64,000 nucleotides of DNA from a candidate division WOR-3 bacterium (GCA_037481815.1 JBBFKX010000001.1:320001-384000); one strand, 5' to 3'; counted from the stretch's first letter, positions 8,947 to 17,870 are shown. The notes: generated by a model from the letters alone, not told the origin. Translations and numbers: made by a program.

Positions 8947-9831
8947 TTATACTCCTGCTAACCTTTTTAACTTTTCCCATCTTCTATTTACGTTATCCTG
9001 TATCTCTTTGATATCATTTTCTTTTAGATGTCTGAACCTTCCCTGTTTTAATAGATATTCGTTAACAGGTTTCAACTCTTTTTTCGGAGAAGGCATATTT
9101 ATGGTGTATTTTTCTCCATTTTCTATTTCATACAATGGGAAAATTCCGCTTTCAACAGCCATTCTACCCAATTTTATAGTATCTTCAGGGTTTGTTTTCC
9201 AGCCTGGTGGACATGGAGCCAGAATATGGAAAAATTTGAATCCTCTAATCTTAACCGCTTTTTCAAGTTTTTTCGTTAAATCCTCAGGATACGAAACACA
9301 TGCTGTTGCCTGGTATGGAACATTGTGTGCAGCAACTATAGCATCAAGATCTTTTTTGTTTTCAGATTTTGGAAATGTTGTTGGAGTTGTTGTTGTCCAT
9401 GCACCTTTTGGTGTAGCAGAGGATCTTTGAACACCAGTGTTCATATATGCCTCATTGTCGTAAACAAAATAGAATATATCATCATTTCTTTCAGCAGCAC
9501 CTGATAATGCCTGTATCCCTATGTCGTATGTTCCCCCATCTCCAGCCCATGCAACCGCGTGTACATACTCTTTTTCAACCTTCTTTACACCTGCCTTTAT
9601 TCCAGCAGCTGTTATTGCAGCTGTTTCAAACGCTGTGTGGAAAAGAGGTACTTTTACTGAAGAATATGGAAATGGACCATCTATCACTGACCAGCAACAT
9701 GCTGGAAATGTCAGAATCGTGTTCTCCCCTAGCGTCTTTAAAACCAACCTTAAAGCCAAAGCACCACCACATCCCTGACATGCGAGATGCCCTGGATTCA
9801 AAAGTTCTTTTTGTGGTATTGAGTATTTCAT
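8947..9831 (-). CDS. porB: 2-oxoacid (pyruvate/2-ketoisovalerate):ferredoxin oxidoreductase beta subunit
   Basis: GHLACQGCG, GDGG TPP motif, DNEAYMNTG. Likely start ATG 9831 after GGAGGTG. Confidence 0.93.
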   Translation of the reverse strand: MKYSIPQKELLNPGHLACQGCGGALALRLVLKTLGENTILTFPACCWSVIDGPFPYSSVKVPLFHTAFETAAITAAGIKAGVKKVEKEYVHAVAWAGDGGTYDIGIQALSGAAERNDDIFYFVYDNEAYMNTGVQRSSATPKGAWTTTTPTTFPKSENKKDLDAIVAAHNVPYQATACVSYPEDLTKKLEKAVKIRGFKFFHILAPCPPGWKTNPEDTIKLGRMAVESGIFPLYEIENGEKYTINMPSPKKELKPVNEYLLKQGRFRHLKENDIKEIQDNVNRRWEKLKRLAGV

Positions 9832-10988
9832 AATTTCACCTCCATCCACTTGATATCAGCAGGTTCACTTTTCTTGGCATCTTCAAAAAGTTTATATATA
9901 GTATCAACGGTGATATCTCTTCCACCAAGACCAGCTATATATCCATAAATTTTTGGTTTAATAGGTTCATTATAAAGTGCAGATTTAACTTCTTGAAATA
10001 CGATTCCACCAGCACCAGGAGAAAGGTTTCTATCAAGAACTATCGCTTTTTTTGCATTTTTTAGACAGTTTCTAACATCCTCATAAGGGAAGGGTCTAAA
10101 AAATCTTATCCTTAAAAGTCCAACTTTTTCTCCCTTTGCTCTGAGTTCATCTATGACCTGTTTTGATGTTGATGCTGCGGTTGCTACCGCAACAAGAATC
10201 GTTTCAGCATCTTCGCATTTATAGGTTTCAACAAGTCCATACTCTCTTCCAAACATCTCTTTAAATTCTTTTTGTGCCTCTTTAATAACCTCTATAGAAT
10301 CTTCCATCGCCTTTTCTATTTTGTATCTCAATTCCATATACCAATCAGGAGTTGTCAATCCTCCAAAAGTGTGTGGATCCTTTATGTTGAGTTTATATTT
10401 TGGATTGTATGGTTTCAAATATCTATCTGCATCTTTTTGATCGATAAGAGTTACATTTTCAGAAGTATGTGATAAAAAGAAAGCATCAAGGATTATCATA
10501 ACAGGAAGAGAAACTTTTTCATTTTCAGCAACTTTGTATGCGATTAAAACTGAATCGTAAACTTCCTGGTTACTTGAAGCGTATATCTGGAGCCAGCCAG
10601 TATCTCTTTGTGATAAAGAATCTGTCTGTTCTGACCAGATCGTCCATGGTGGAGCCATAGATCTGTTGATGTTTCCCATAACTATTGGAAGTCGTGCACC
10701 AACAGCCCAGTGAAGCATCTCGTGCATCAAAGCGAGTCCCTGTGCACTTGTAGCAGTGAATGCTCTTGCTCCAGCTGCAGATGCTCCTATACAAGCAGCC
10801 ATCGCTGAATGTTCAGATTCAACTTTTATGAATTCAGCATCAAGAGTCCCATCAGCACACATCTCAGAAAGCAATTCAACAACCTGTGTTTGAGGAGTTA
10901 TAGGATATGCTGCAATAACCTGAACTCTCGATGTTACAGCCCCATAAGAAAGGGCATGGTTACCCATTATTACTTTTTGTTCACTCAT
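9828..10988 (-). CDS. porA: 2-oxoacid:ferredoxin oxidoreductase alpha subunit
   Basis: YPITPQT, VESEHSAM, FTATSAQGL, RPFP, GLGGRD. Confidence 0.95.
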   Translation of the reverse strand: MSEQKVIMGNHALSYGAVTSRVQVIAAYPITPQTQVVELLSEMCADGTLDAEFIKVESEHSAMAACIGASAAGARAFTATSAQGLALMHEMLHWAVGARLPIVMGNINRSMAPPWTIWSEQTDSLSQRDTGWLQIYASSNQEVYDSVLIAYKVAENEKVSLPVMIILDAFFLSHTSENVTLIDQKDADRYLKPYNPKYKLNIKDPHTFGGLTTPDWYMELRYKIEKAMEDSIEVIKEAQKEFKEMFGREYGLVETYKCEDAETILVAVATAASTSKQVIDELRAKGEKVGLLRIRFFRPFPYEDVRNCLKNAKKAIVLDRNLSPGAGGIVFQEVKSALYNEPIKPKIYGYIAGLGGRDITVDTIYKLFEDAKKSEPADIKWMEVKL

Positions 10989-11281
10989 TTTTCCTCCTCA
11001 ATCATTGTTATCGCTTTTACCGGGCATTCTGCTGCACATATCCCGCAACCTTTACAGAAAACATAATCAATCTCTGCCTTTCCTTCAGAATCCTCTTTTA
11101 TTGACATATCAGGGCAATATTTCCAGCAGATACCGCAGGCAATACATTTTGCTTTATCAACGACCGGTCTTTCATTCCTCCATGAGCCAGTTTCGTTGAA
11201 CTCTGTTGTTCCAAGGGACATCGCATTTGGAGGGAGATCACTCTCTTTTTCGAATATTATCTTCTTTCCAACTCTTTTCAT
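10985..11281 (-). CDS. porD: 2-oxoacid:ferredoxin oxidoreductase delta subunit (2x[4Fe-4S])
   Basis: TGSWR..RP, CIACGICWKYCP and CKGCGICAAECP. Confidence 0.95.
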   Translation of the reverse strand: MKRVGKKIIFEKESDLPPNAMSLGTTEFNETGSWRNERPVVDKAKCIACGICWKYCPDMSIKEDSEGKAEIDYVFCKGCGICAAECPVKAITMIEEEK

Positions 11282-11293
11282 AAATTCTCCTTA

Positions 11294-11845
11294 TTACATT
11301 ATTGTAGAATTGTATGCATCTATCGCTGCCTGAGCATTTTCATCAGGTTTAATCGGAACCTCTTTTTTTATAGCATCAACTATCGATTCGATTTTTACAA
11401 AACCTGTTGCTTTAGCAAAACCACCTAAAATAGCTGTATTTACTATCGGTGCAGCAGATGAACCCAATCTATGTTTTAAAGCGATACCTGTTGCATCAAC
11501 AGTTGCAATTTTACTATTTTTGGCTTTGATATTCAATTCATTGGGTTTTTTCTTGGTATTTATAACGATAAAACCACCCTCTTTTAAACCTTCAGTTATA
11601 TCTATAGCGTTTAACAGAGTCGGTTCAAGAACGATAAGATGCTGTGGTTCATAAATCTTTGAACGGATATTTATCCTCTGATCAGCAACTCTTATAAATG
11701 CTGTGACCGGGGCTCCTCTTCTTTCAACTCCAAATTCAGGGAATGCCTGTACAAATTTTCCTTCCATAGCAAAAGCGTACGCAAGGATTTTTGATGCTAT
11801 CACACCACCCTGTCCACCCCTTCCATGAATTCTTATCTCAAGCAT
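11294..11845 (-). CDS. porC: 2-oxoacid:ferredoxin oxidoreductase gamma subunit
   Basis: EIRIHGRGGQG, FGVERRGAP, PIVNTAILG. Confidence 0.95.
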   Translation of the reverse strand: MLEIRIHGRGGQGGVIASKILAYAFAMEGKFVQAFPEFGVERRGAPVTAFIRVADQRINIRSKIYEPQHLIVLEPTLLNAIDITEGLKEGGFIVINTKKKPNELNIKAKNSKIATVDATGIALKHRLGSSAAPIVNTAILGGFAKATGFVKIESIVDAIKKEVPIKPDENAQAAIDAYNSTIM

Positions 11846-11862
11846 TATTCCTCCTATTAACT

Positions 11863-12930
11863 TTATTTATATTCTTTTGCACTTTCCTCTTTCGTTAACA
11901 CTCTAAGTCCACCCAGAGCAAGTGCTTGCATTTCATTCTCTCCTGGATACACTTTTATTGGAGCAATAAATGATACCATCTCTTCAATCCATCCAACAAA
12001 CATTTTGTCATAGGCAAGTCCTCCTGTTATCGCTATCACATCAACCTTTCCATGTAAAACTGCAGCCATCATTCCAACCCATTTTCCTATATTGTATGCC
12101 ATCGCTCTATAGATTCTTTCGTACTCTTTGTTTCCAGCCTTTACTTCATCTTCAACCTTTCTCATATCGTTTGTCCCGAGGTGTGCCACTATTCCTGCTT
12201 TTCCAGCAAGTCGTTTTTTAAAATCCTTTTCATCTATCTTCGTTTCGGTAATAAATTTATACAAACCCCAAGCTGGAACAGAACCTGCCCTTTCAGGTGC
12301 AAAAGGACCATCACCGTTAAGAGCGTTGTTCACATCAACTACTTTTCCTTTTCTATGAGCACCTACAGATATTCCACCACCCAGATGAACGACTATCAAA
12401 TTTATTTCTTCATACTTTTTCCCAAGATCCTGTGCTGCTTTCCTTGCTGTCGCTTTTTGATTTAAAGCATGAAAGATTGAAACCCTTTCGATCTCAGGGA
12501 AACCAGTTATCCTTGCGATATCATCCATCTCATCAACAACAACAGGATCGACTATGTATGAAGGTTTTCCAGTCTCTTTCTCAAACTCATAAGCGATCAT
12601 ACCTCCAAGATTTGAAGCATGTTCTCCAAGTGGGGAATGTTTGAGATCCTCTATCATTTTCTGGTTCACCTTGTAGGTTCCAGAAGGGATGGGTTTTACA
12701 AGTCCTCCCCTTCCAACAAAACAATCAAAATCCTTTATGTTGAACCCATTTTCCTTTAAGGTCTCTTCTATTGCTGCTCTTCTGAACTCATACTGGTCAA
12801 CGATGTGTTTGTATTTTGAAATCTCACTTTCAGGGTGAGATATAGTTTTTTTGAAAATCTCTTTGTCGTCCTCATAGACAGCTATCTTTGTAGAGGTTGA
12901 ACCTGGATTGATCGTTAAGATTTTATACAT
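11863..12930 (-). CDS. buk: Butyrate (branched-chain carboxylate) kinase
   Basis: INPGSTSTK, GRGG, HASNLG, FHALNQKA, HLGGGISVGAH, YPGENEM. Confidence 0.97.
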   Translation of the reverse strand: MYKILTINPGSTSTKIAVYEDDKEIFKKTISHPESEISKYKHIVDQYEFRRAAIEETLKENGFNIKDFDCFVGRGGLVKPIPSGTYKVNQKMIEDLKHSPLGEHASNLGGMIAYEFEKETGKPSYIVDPVVVDEMDDIARITGFPEIERVSIFHALNQKATARKAAQDLGKKYEEINLIVVHLGGGISVGAHRKGKVVDVNNALNGDGPFAPERAGSVPAWGLYKFITETKIDEKDFKKRLAGKAGIVAHLGTNDMRKVEDEVKAGNKEYERIYRAMAYNIGKWVGMMAAVLHGKVDVIAITGGLAYDKMFVGWIEEMVSFIAPIKVYPGENEMQALALGGLRVLTKEESAKEYK

Positions 12931-12973
12931 ATAACTCCTTTTTTATTTTTAAATTTTTATAATAACATTAACC

Positions 12974-14152
12974 TTAATATAAGTCAACCTTTAAACTCTC
13001 TTCAATTTTTGCTTTCAAAAGATCTTTTACGAACTTTGCCCCCTCTTTTGAAAAATGTTTATCAAATTTTTTTGTCAACTTCACTTTCATATCAATCTTT
13101 CGAAATTCATCCAATGGATAAATATATTCAATGTTATTACTTCTCAAAACATTCAAAACACTATCCATCACCTCTTCATATCGATTATGGTATCCATAAA
13201 GTTTTTCCAGTTGTTCAAGTCTTTTCATAAGATTTTGCTGATATGTCTATTCTGAAGGTATTACAAAAACAAGAAGTTTGCACCCTCTCAGTTCACATTC
13301 TTTTTTAACTTTTTTCATCAGTTTGTCATAAATCTTTATTGATTCCTTCCAGTTTATATAATTGAAAACATCCTCTTCTGGATTTAAAAGATCTGGCTCT
13401 AAAAGATTCTTTTCATATAAAAACTTCCCGAAACTCGTATACTGTAAATAAGATGAAAGCACTTTATAGATTTTTGTTTTGTATAGAGATAATTTTAAAG
13501 TTCTTGTGATCTTAAACAAAACTCCATAATTTTCAAATTCGTTTCCTTTAACAACTTTTTGCTCAACAATCTTTCTATCAACAGGATAGTTTAAAAGAAC
13601 TATTGAATCATTTTCGATAATAAATTTTGGCTTTGATGCTTTTGTTCCCCTATTATCTTTTAAAAGTTCATCAAGATCGTTGTTGAAAAACAAAAACACC
13701 ACAACAGAACTATCCTCAACTGTCTCTTTGAATAAAAGGTATTCCTGATCCGTTCCATATCCAACCATCCCATAATTTTTTACCTCAACATTCAACTCCT
13801 TTGACAACATACTCGATATCAACTCATCGTTATTTAAATGGTATCCCCATAAAAACGAATCTCCATACATCAAAATCTTTTTACCCTTATTCGTGTTTTC
13901 AGAATTGATAGTGTTTCTAAAACCTGATGAGTCGGTCTCAACAAAAAATTTACTCTCAAATGTCTTTACCATCACCTTCCTGTTAGGAACACCTCTCCAT
14001 CCAAGTAAACTATCCTCTTTGAATAGGTTGGATTCAGTAACCCAATTTTTTTCTGCATAAAATAAAAATAAACTTAGAACCATTTCAAGTATAACAATCA
14101 CGATAGTAATATACAATATAATAATAAGAAGGTTTTTTGTTATTTTTTTCAT
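12974..14152 (-). pseudogene. Membrane-anchored SGNH/AlgX-like protein interrupted by an in-frame TAG at 13247-13249 (track ORFs 13247..14152 and 12974..13228 are one gene)
   Basis: Reads ...IPSE*TYQQNLMKRLEQLEKLYGY..., aligning without frameshift to the paralog's IPSEFTYQEDLIEKLKRLEKFYGY. GDS lies before the stop and the DKH dyad after it. Confidence 0.8.
13687..14033. repeat. 347-bp perfect direct repeat, copy 1
   Basis: Identical line by line to 14867..15213 (offset 1180). Confidence 0.95.
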
Positions 14153-14153
14153 T

Positions 14154-15326
14154 TTATCTATACGAAGAACTATAGTAATCTAACTTCTTCCTTAATAATT
14201 CCTTTACAAATATAGCACCTTCTTTAGAGAAATGTTTGTCAAAATTTTTTGTTAAACTTTTCTCTTTATTTCTTTCCATAAATTCTTCATAAGGGTAAAT
14301 ATAATCAATATCATTTTTTTTCAATATATCTTCTACATTCTTCATAATTTCAAAGTACTTATTTTTATATCCATAAAATTTTTCCAATCTTTTTAATTTC
14401 TCTATAAGATCTTCCTGATAGGTGAATTCTGATGGTATCATGAAAATTAATAATTCACATTTTTTTCTTTCACATTCAAACTTTATTTTTTGGATTAATT
14501 TTTCGTAAATTTTAAGAGCAGTGTTCATATCATTAAAATTTGGGATGTCCCATTCAGGTTTCATAAATTCTGGTATATCCATCAAATTTTTTTCATAAAG
14601 CCTTTTTCCAATTGAGTTATATTGTAAATAAGAAATTGCGAATTTAAAAATATTTGAAAAATATAACATCCTTTTTATTGAGGATGATAATCTATATCTA
14701 AGATTAAAGTTATTTACAGGAGATCTCTCTTTTATTTCTACATATTTTTCTTTCTTTACAGGATAATTGACCAACACAAGAGTATCATCTTTTATTATAA
14801 ATCTTGGTTTTGGTTTATATGGAGTTTTTAAATTATCATTTAATATATCCCGTAGATCATTTATATAAAACAAAAACACCACAACAGAACTATCCTCAAC
14901 TGTCTCTTTGAATAAAAGGTATTCCTGATCCGTTCCATATCCAACCATCCCATAATTTTTTACCTCAACATTCAACTCCTTTGACAACATACTCGATATC
15001 AACTCATCGTTATTTAAATGGTATCCCCATAAAAACGAATCTCCATACATCAAAATCTTTTTACCCTTATTCGTGTTTTCAGAATTGATAGTGTTTCTAA
15101 AACCTGATGAGTCGGTCTCAACAAAAAATTTACTCTCAAATGTCTTTACCATCACCTTCCTGTTAGGAACACCTCTCCATCCAAGTAAACTATCCTCTTT
15201 GAATAGGTTGGATCTTTCTTCCCAACTTGAATACTTTTCGAAAAACATCAAAAAAATTTTTAATCCAAGTTCAACTGCGATAAAAACAAGAAATATGTAC
15301 AATAAAACTGTTAAAAATTTTTTCAT
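14154..15326 (-). CDS. Membrane-anchored SGNH/GDSL (AlgX/AlgJ-like) hydrolase or acyltransferase
   Basis: N-terminal TM, YGDSF, NYGMVGYGTDQ, FYIND and C-terminal FDKHF. Start moved to ATG 15326 (MKKFLTV), which avoids the divergent gene and fits a promoter. Confidence 0.8.
   Translation of the reverse strand: MKKFLTVLLYIFLVFIAVELGLKIFLMFFEKYSSWEERSNLFKEDSLLGWRGVPNRKVMVKTFESKFFVETDSSGFRNTINSENTNKGKKILMYGDSFLWGYHLNNDELISSMLSKELNVEVKNYGMVGYGTDQEYLLFKETVEDSSVVVFLFYINDLRDILNDNLKTPYKPKPRFIIKDDTLVLVNYPVKKEKYVEIKERSPVNNFNLRYRLSSSIKRMLYFSNIFKFAISYLQYNSIGKRLYEKNLMDIPEFMKPEWDIPNFNDMNTALKIYEKLIQKIKFECERKKCELLIFMIPSEFTYQEDLIEKLKRLEKFYGYKNKYFEIMKNVEDILKKNDIDYIYPYEEFMERNKEKSLTKNFDKHFSKEGAIFVKELLRKKLDYYSSSYR
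14867..15213. repeat. 347-bp perfect direct repeat, copy 2
   Basis: Identical to 13687..14033. Confidence 0.95.
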
Positions 15327-15327
15327 G

Positions 15328-15355
15328 TTGACAATTATAACCATATTAATATAAT
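15328..15355 (+). promoter_or_regulatory. Consensus promoter TTGACA-16-TATAAT for 15376
   Basis: Perfect hexamers, followed by an AAGGAG SD at about 15364-15369. Confidence 0.75.
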
Positions 15356-15361
15356 TTTCAA
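15334..15361 (-). promoter_or_regulatory. Promoter TTGAAA-16-TATAAT, 7 nt before ATG 15326 (leaderless)
   Basis: Read on the minus strand; overlaps the divergent promoter. Confidence 0.6.
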
Positions 15362-15375
15362 TAAAGGAGTTTACA

Positions 15376-15918
15376 ATGAAAGGGAAAATAGTTACAATCA
15401 TCTTTGTTTTTCTTTTTATTTCTCTTTTTTCTCAAACGAAAACTGATAACTTTCTCCATTTCGATTTTGTGTTTTCAAAACCAGCGAATACAACATCTTA
15501 CATTGGAACATTTGGCGTTTCCTATGGTTTGGATATAAAAGAGATGTTTGAAGTTAAAAATTTGAGTTTAAGACCTCAAATAGGTATCTCAATGGGTGGA
15601 GGTGTTGTAAAAGAAAGAATTGGACTTATAAATGTAGAATCGAATTGTTTATATTCTTTGATAATACCTGATCTTTCATTTTACTATTATTTAAGAGAGT
15701 TAAAAGAAACAGTAAAACAGGGAATTCTTTTTTATATAGGTGGTGGAATACTCATGCCTATTAAAATAGTTTCTTACTCCGATGATAGATTTGATGATAT
15801 ATTCACAAACGATTTTCCATTCCCTTCAATCAAAATTGGAATGATCATAAAAAGAAAATATGATATCCAGTTGAACTTTTCTGCACCATCTTCAATATCA
15901 TTTGGATTTATTTTTTAG
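15376..15918 (+). CDS. Small outer-membrane beta-barrel-like protein
   Basis: Signal peptide (..ISLFSQ), amphipathic strands, FYIGGG and a C-terminal ISFGFIF signature. Confidence 0.65.
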   Translation: MKGKIVTIIFVFLFISLFSQTKTDNFLHFDFVFSKPANTTSYIGTFGVSYGLDIKEMFEVKNLSLRPQIGISMGGGVVKERIGLINVESNCLYSLIIPDLSFYYYLRELKETVKQGILFYIGGGILMPIKIVSYSDDRFDDIFTNDFPFPSIKIGMIIKRKYDIQLNFSAPSSISFGFIF

Positions 15919-16001
15919 CCACGAAAAAGGATAAAACAAATATTTAAAAGTATAAATAAAAACACAAAAAATCCAATAATATAAAATGTGAATTTTTGCA
16001 T
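15915..16001 (-). CDS. 28-aa single-TM small protein MQKFTFYIIGFFVFLFILLNICFILFRG
   Basis: Below the ORF-track cutoff. Has an AAGGGG SD 6 nt upstream and a perfect TTGACA-16-TATAAT promoter. Confidence 0.6.
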   Translation of the reverse strand: MQKFTFYIIGFFVFLFILLNICFILFRG

Positions 16002-16020
16002 CTTCAACCCCTTCAAGTTT

Positions 16021-16048
16021 ATTATACTAACCTATTTTATTTTGTCAA
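16021..16048 (-). promoter_or_regulatory. Consensus promoter TTGACA-16-TATAAT for the 28-aa ORF
   Basis: Plus strand shows attata at 16021-16026 and tgtcaa at 16043-16048. Confidence 0.7.
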
Positions 16049-16082
16049 CTATTTTTTAATTTTAGTAAAATGTTTTTGTTTG

Positions 16083-16110
16083 TTGACTGAGAAAGATAAA
16101 TTTTTATAAT
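16083..16110 (+). promoter_or_regulatory. Promoter TTGACT-16-TATAAT, 9 nt before ATG 16120
   Basis: Direct reading; no SD. Confidence 0.65.
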
Positions 16111-16119
16111 ATGTTTTAT

Positions 16120-17439
16120 ATGAAAAAAATATCCATATTCATCTTTATTATATTTTTTTCAATCAAATTTTTCACCCAGGGGATAATGGATTTTTTTTCA
16201 AACTCTCTGGACTCTTTAGAGTTTTATATTGAAAAAAATGATACGATAAAAAGTTTAAAATTTTTTCAAATCTTGAAAGAGTTAGATTCAACAAAATATG
16301 AACCCTACTATCTTGTTGGTTATCTATATTATAAAAATAAAAATTTTGATAAATCTATTCATTACCTGAAAATTGCTTCAACTCTTAAAAACGATGAAGA
16401 AGTTTTATACCTTTTGAACAGATCTCTACTCGAAAAAGATGATGCTAATTTTTTGGAAAGTGTAAACAAATCTATAAAAAATTTCCCGAGAAGTGTAAAG
16501 TTGAAAAAATTAAAACTTTTTTATTTCGAGGGAAAAAATTTAAATGATTCTATCTTTGCTTTAGCACAAAATATAATATCCATTGACGATAACGATGTTG
16601 ACGCTTTGTTTTCGTTAGCAAAACATTATTACAGGATTAAAAATTATAACCTTGCTGAAAATTATATCATGCAGGTTTTAAAAATTGATAACAAAAATAA
16701 AAATTACAATTTTCTATCAGGTAAAATTTTTAGTGGGTTAAAAAAGTATGAGCAAAGCAATAAGATTTTTAAAAACCTTTTAAACAGCGAGTATGACTTT
16801 TATGCCTTAAATAGTATTATAGATAATTTTTATGAAGAAAACTTTTACGATTCCGCAAAATCATACTGTCTTAACGCATTGAAAAGTTATCCAGACTCAA
16901 TGATCATTTTAAAAAAACTTATTAACATATACAACAGAACAAAAGATTTTTCTATACTTTTAAATCTGGATTCGACTTTGACCAATACTGAAAAATATGA
17001 TCAGGAAATTTTTGAAAATCTTGGAAGAGAGTTTTTTAAGATCGATTCTTTAAATCTCTCAAAAAAATATTATGATAAAATTTTAGAAAAAAACCCAAAA
17101 TATTTTTCAAAGGAATCAGTTCAAAATTATATCCTATTAAATGAACTTGATACATCGGAAAAAATAATTTCAAGAATGGATTTAAAGAATTTTACTGATT
17201 CAATCTTTTTCTTGAAGTTCAAAGGTATTATAAAATACAAAAAAAATGAAAACGACTCATCAGAATTTTATTTTGAAAAACTTTATCTTTTAAATGATAA
17301 AGATACCACAAATATCAAATACCTCACAACCATCTATAGCAAAAATAAAAAATTTTTAAAATTGTCTGATCTTATCGAAAGTATAAAACATGTTTATCCT
17401 GAATTATATGAGAGATTAAAAGCAAAATATATCCATTAA
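16120..17439 (+). CDS. Exported tetratricopeptide-repeat protein
   Basis: Signal peptide MKKISIFIFIIFFS.. and several TPR-like units (YYLVGYLYYKNKNFDKSIHYL; ALFSLAKHYYRIKNYNLAENY). ATG 16111 abuts the -10 box, so 16120 is the more likely start. Confidence 0.85.
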   Translation: MKKISIFIFIIFFSIKFFTQGIMDFFSNSLDSLEFYIEKNDTIKSLKFFQILKELDSTKYEPYYLVGYLYYKNKNFDKSIHYLKIASTLKNDEEVLYLLNRSLLEKDDANFLESVNKSIKNFPRSVKLKKLKLFYFEGKNLNDSIFALAQNIISIDDNDVDALFSLAKHYYRIKNYNLAENYIMQVLKIDNKNKNYNFLSGKIFSGLKKYEQSNKIFKNLLNSEYDFYALNSIIDNFYEENFYDSAKSYCLNALKSYPDSMIILKKLINIYNRTKDFSILLNLDSTLTNTEKYDQEIFENLGREFFKIDSLNLSKKYYDKILEKNPKYFSKESVQNYILLNELDTSEKIISRMDLKNFTDSIFFLKFKGIIKYKKNENDSSEFYFEKLYLLNDKDTTNIKYLTTIYSKNKKFLKLSDLIESIKHVYPELYERLKAKYIH

Positions 17440-17443
17440 AAAA

Positions 17444-17797
17444 TCACTCGACTGTTACACTCAAATAGGTTTTATGATCTTTATATTTTGCCTTGATACA
17501 GAATGTTCCCTTTTTAATTCCTTTAACCTTTAAAAAATTTTTCTCTTTCTTTTCGATTATATAGATGTTATCTCCCTGCAATTCCCATTCAACATTTTTG
17601 ATTGCAGATGAATTTTTCAATACCGATGAATTCTGATCGTAACCCACGATATTGAATATTGCTGTTTCTCCTATAGAAATTTTCGATGGCCCATTGATAC
17701 CAATCAAATAGCAGTTGACATCTTGAATCTCCCCTGTTTTTGCACAAGATACCAAAAAAAGAATTAGAAAAATTTTTAACATATTCTTTTTTGACAT
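17444..17797 (-). CDS. Lipoprotein with an Ig-like fold
   Basis: Lipobox LVSC; I.GP..I.IGET..F...VEW...VKG...G...I.A.Y pattern; AGGGGGG SD. Confidence 0.7.
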   Translation of the reverse strand: MSKKNMLKIFLILFLVSCAKTGEIQDVNCYLIGINGPSKISIGETAIFNIVGYDQNSSVLKNSSAIKNVEWELQGDNIYIIEKKEKNFLKVKGIKKGTFCIKAKYKDHKTYLSVTVE

Positions 17798-17818
17798 CTT
17801 CCCCCCTTTTCTTTTTAT

Positions 17819-17846
17819 ATGATAAAACTAAAATTTTTTCTGTCAA
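17819..17846 (-). promoter_or_regulatory. Promoter TTGACA-16-TATCAT for the lipoprotein
   Basis: Direct reading. Confidence 0.65.
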
Positions 17847-17870
17847 TAAAAAAAATTTTAATTTTTCCTA

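Noticed and set aside
12974..13228. Independent 84-aa gene
   Set aside because: It is the in-frame C-terminus of the SGNH gene beyond the amber codon and has no SD.
13247..13249. Genome-wide TAG reassignment or pyrrolysine
   Set aside because: TAG ends several genes at expected positions, RF1 is intact with its PxT motif, and no pyl genes are in the window.
13687..15213. The repeat pair as a DGR template/variable region or as mobile-element ends
   Set aside because: The copies are identical with no adenine-specific mismatches, both are coding, and no reverse transcriptase or transposase is present.
15327..15401. Track start 15401 for the SGNH gene
   Set aside because: It would overlap the divergent gene and both promoters; the paralog's N-terminus matches ATG 15326.
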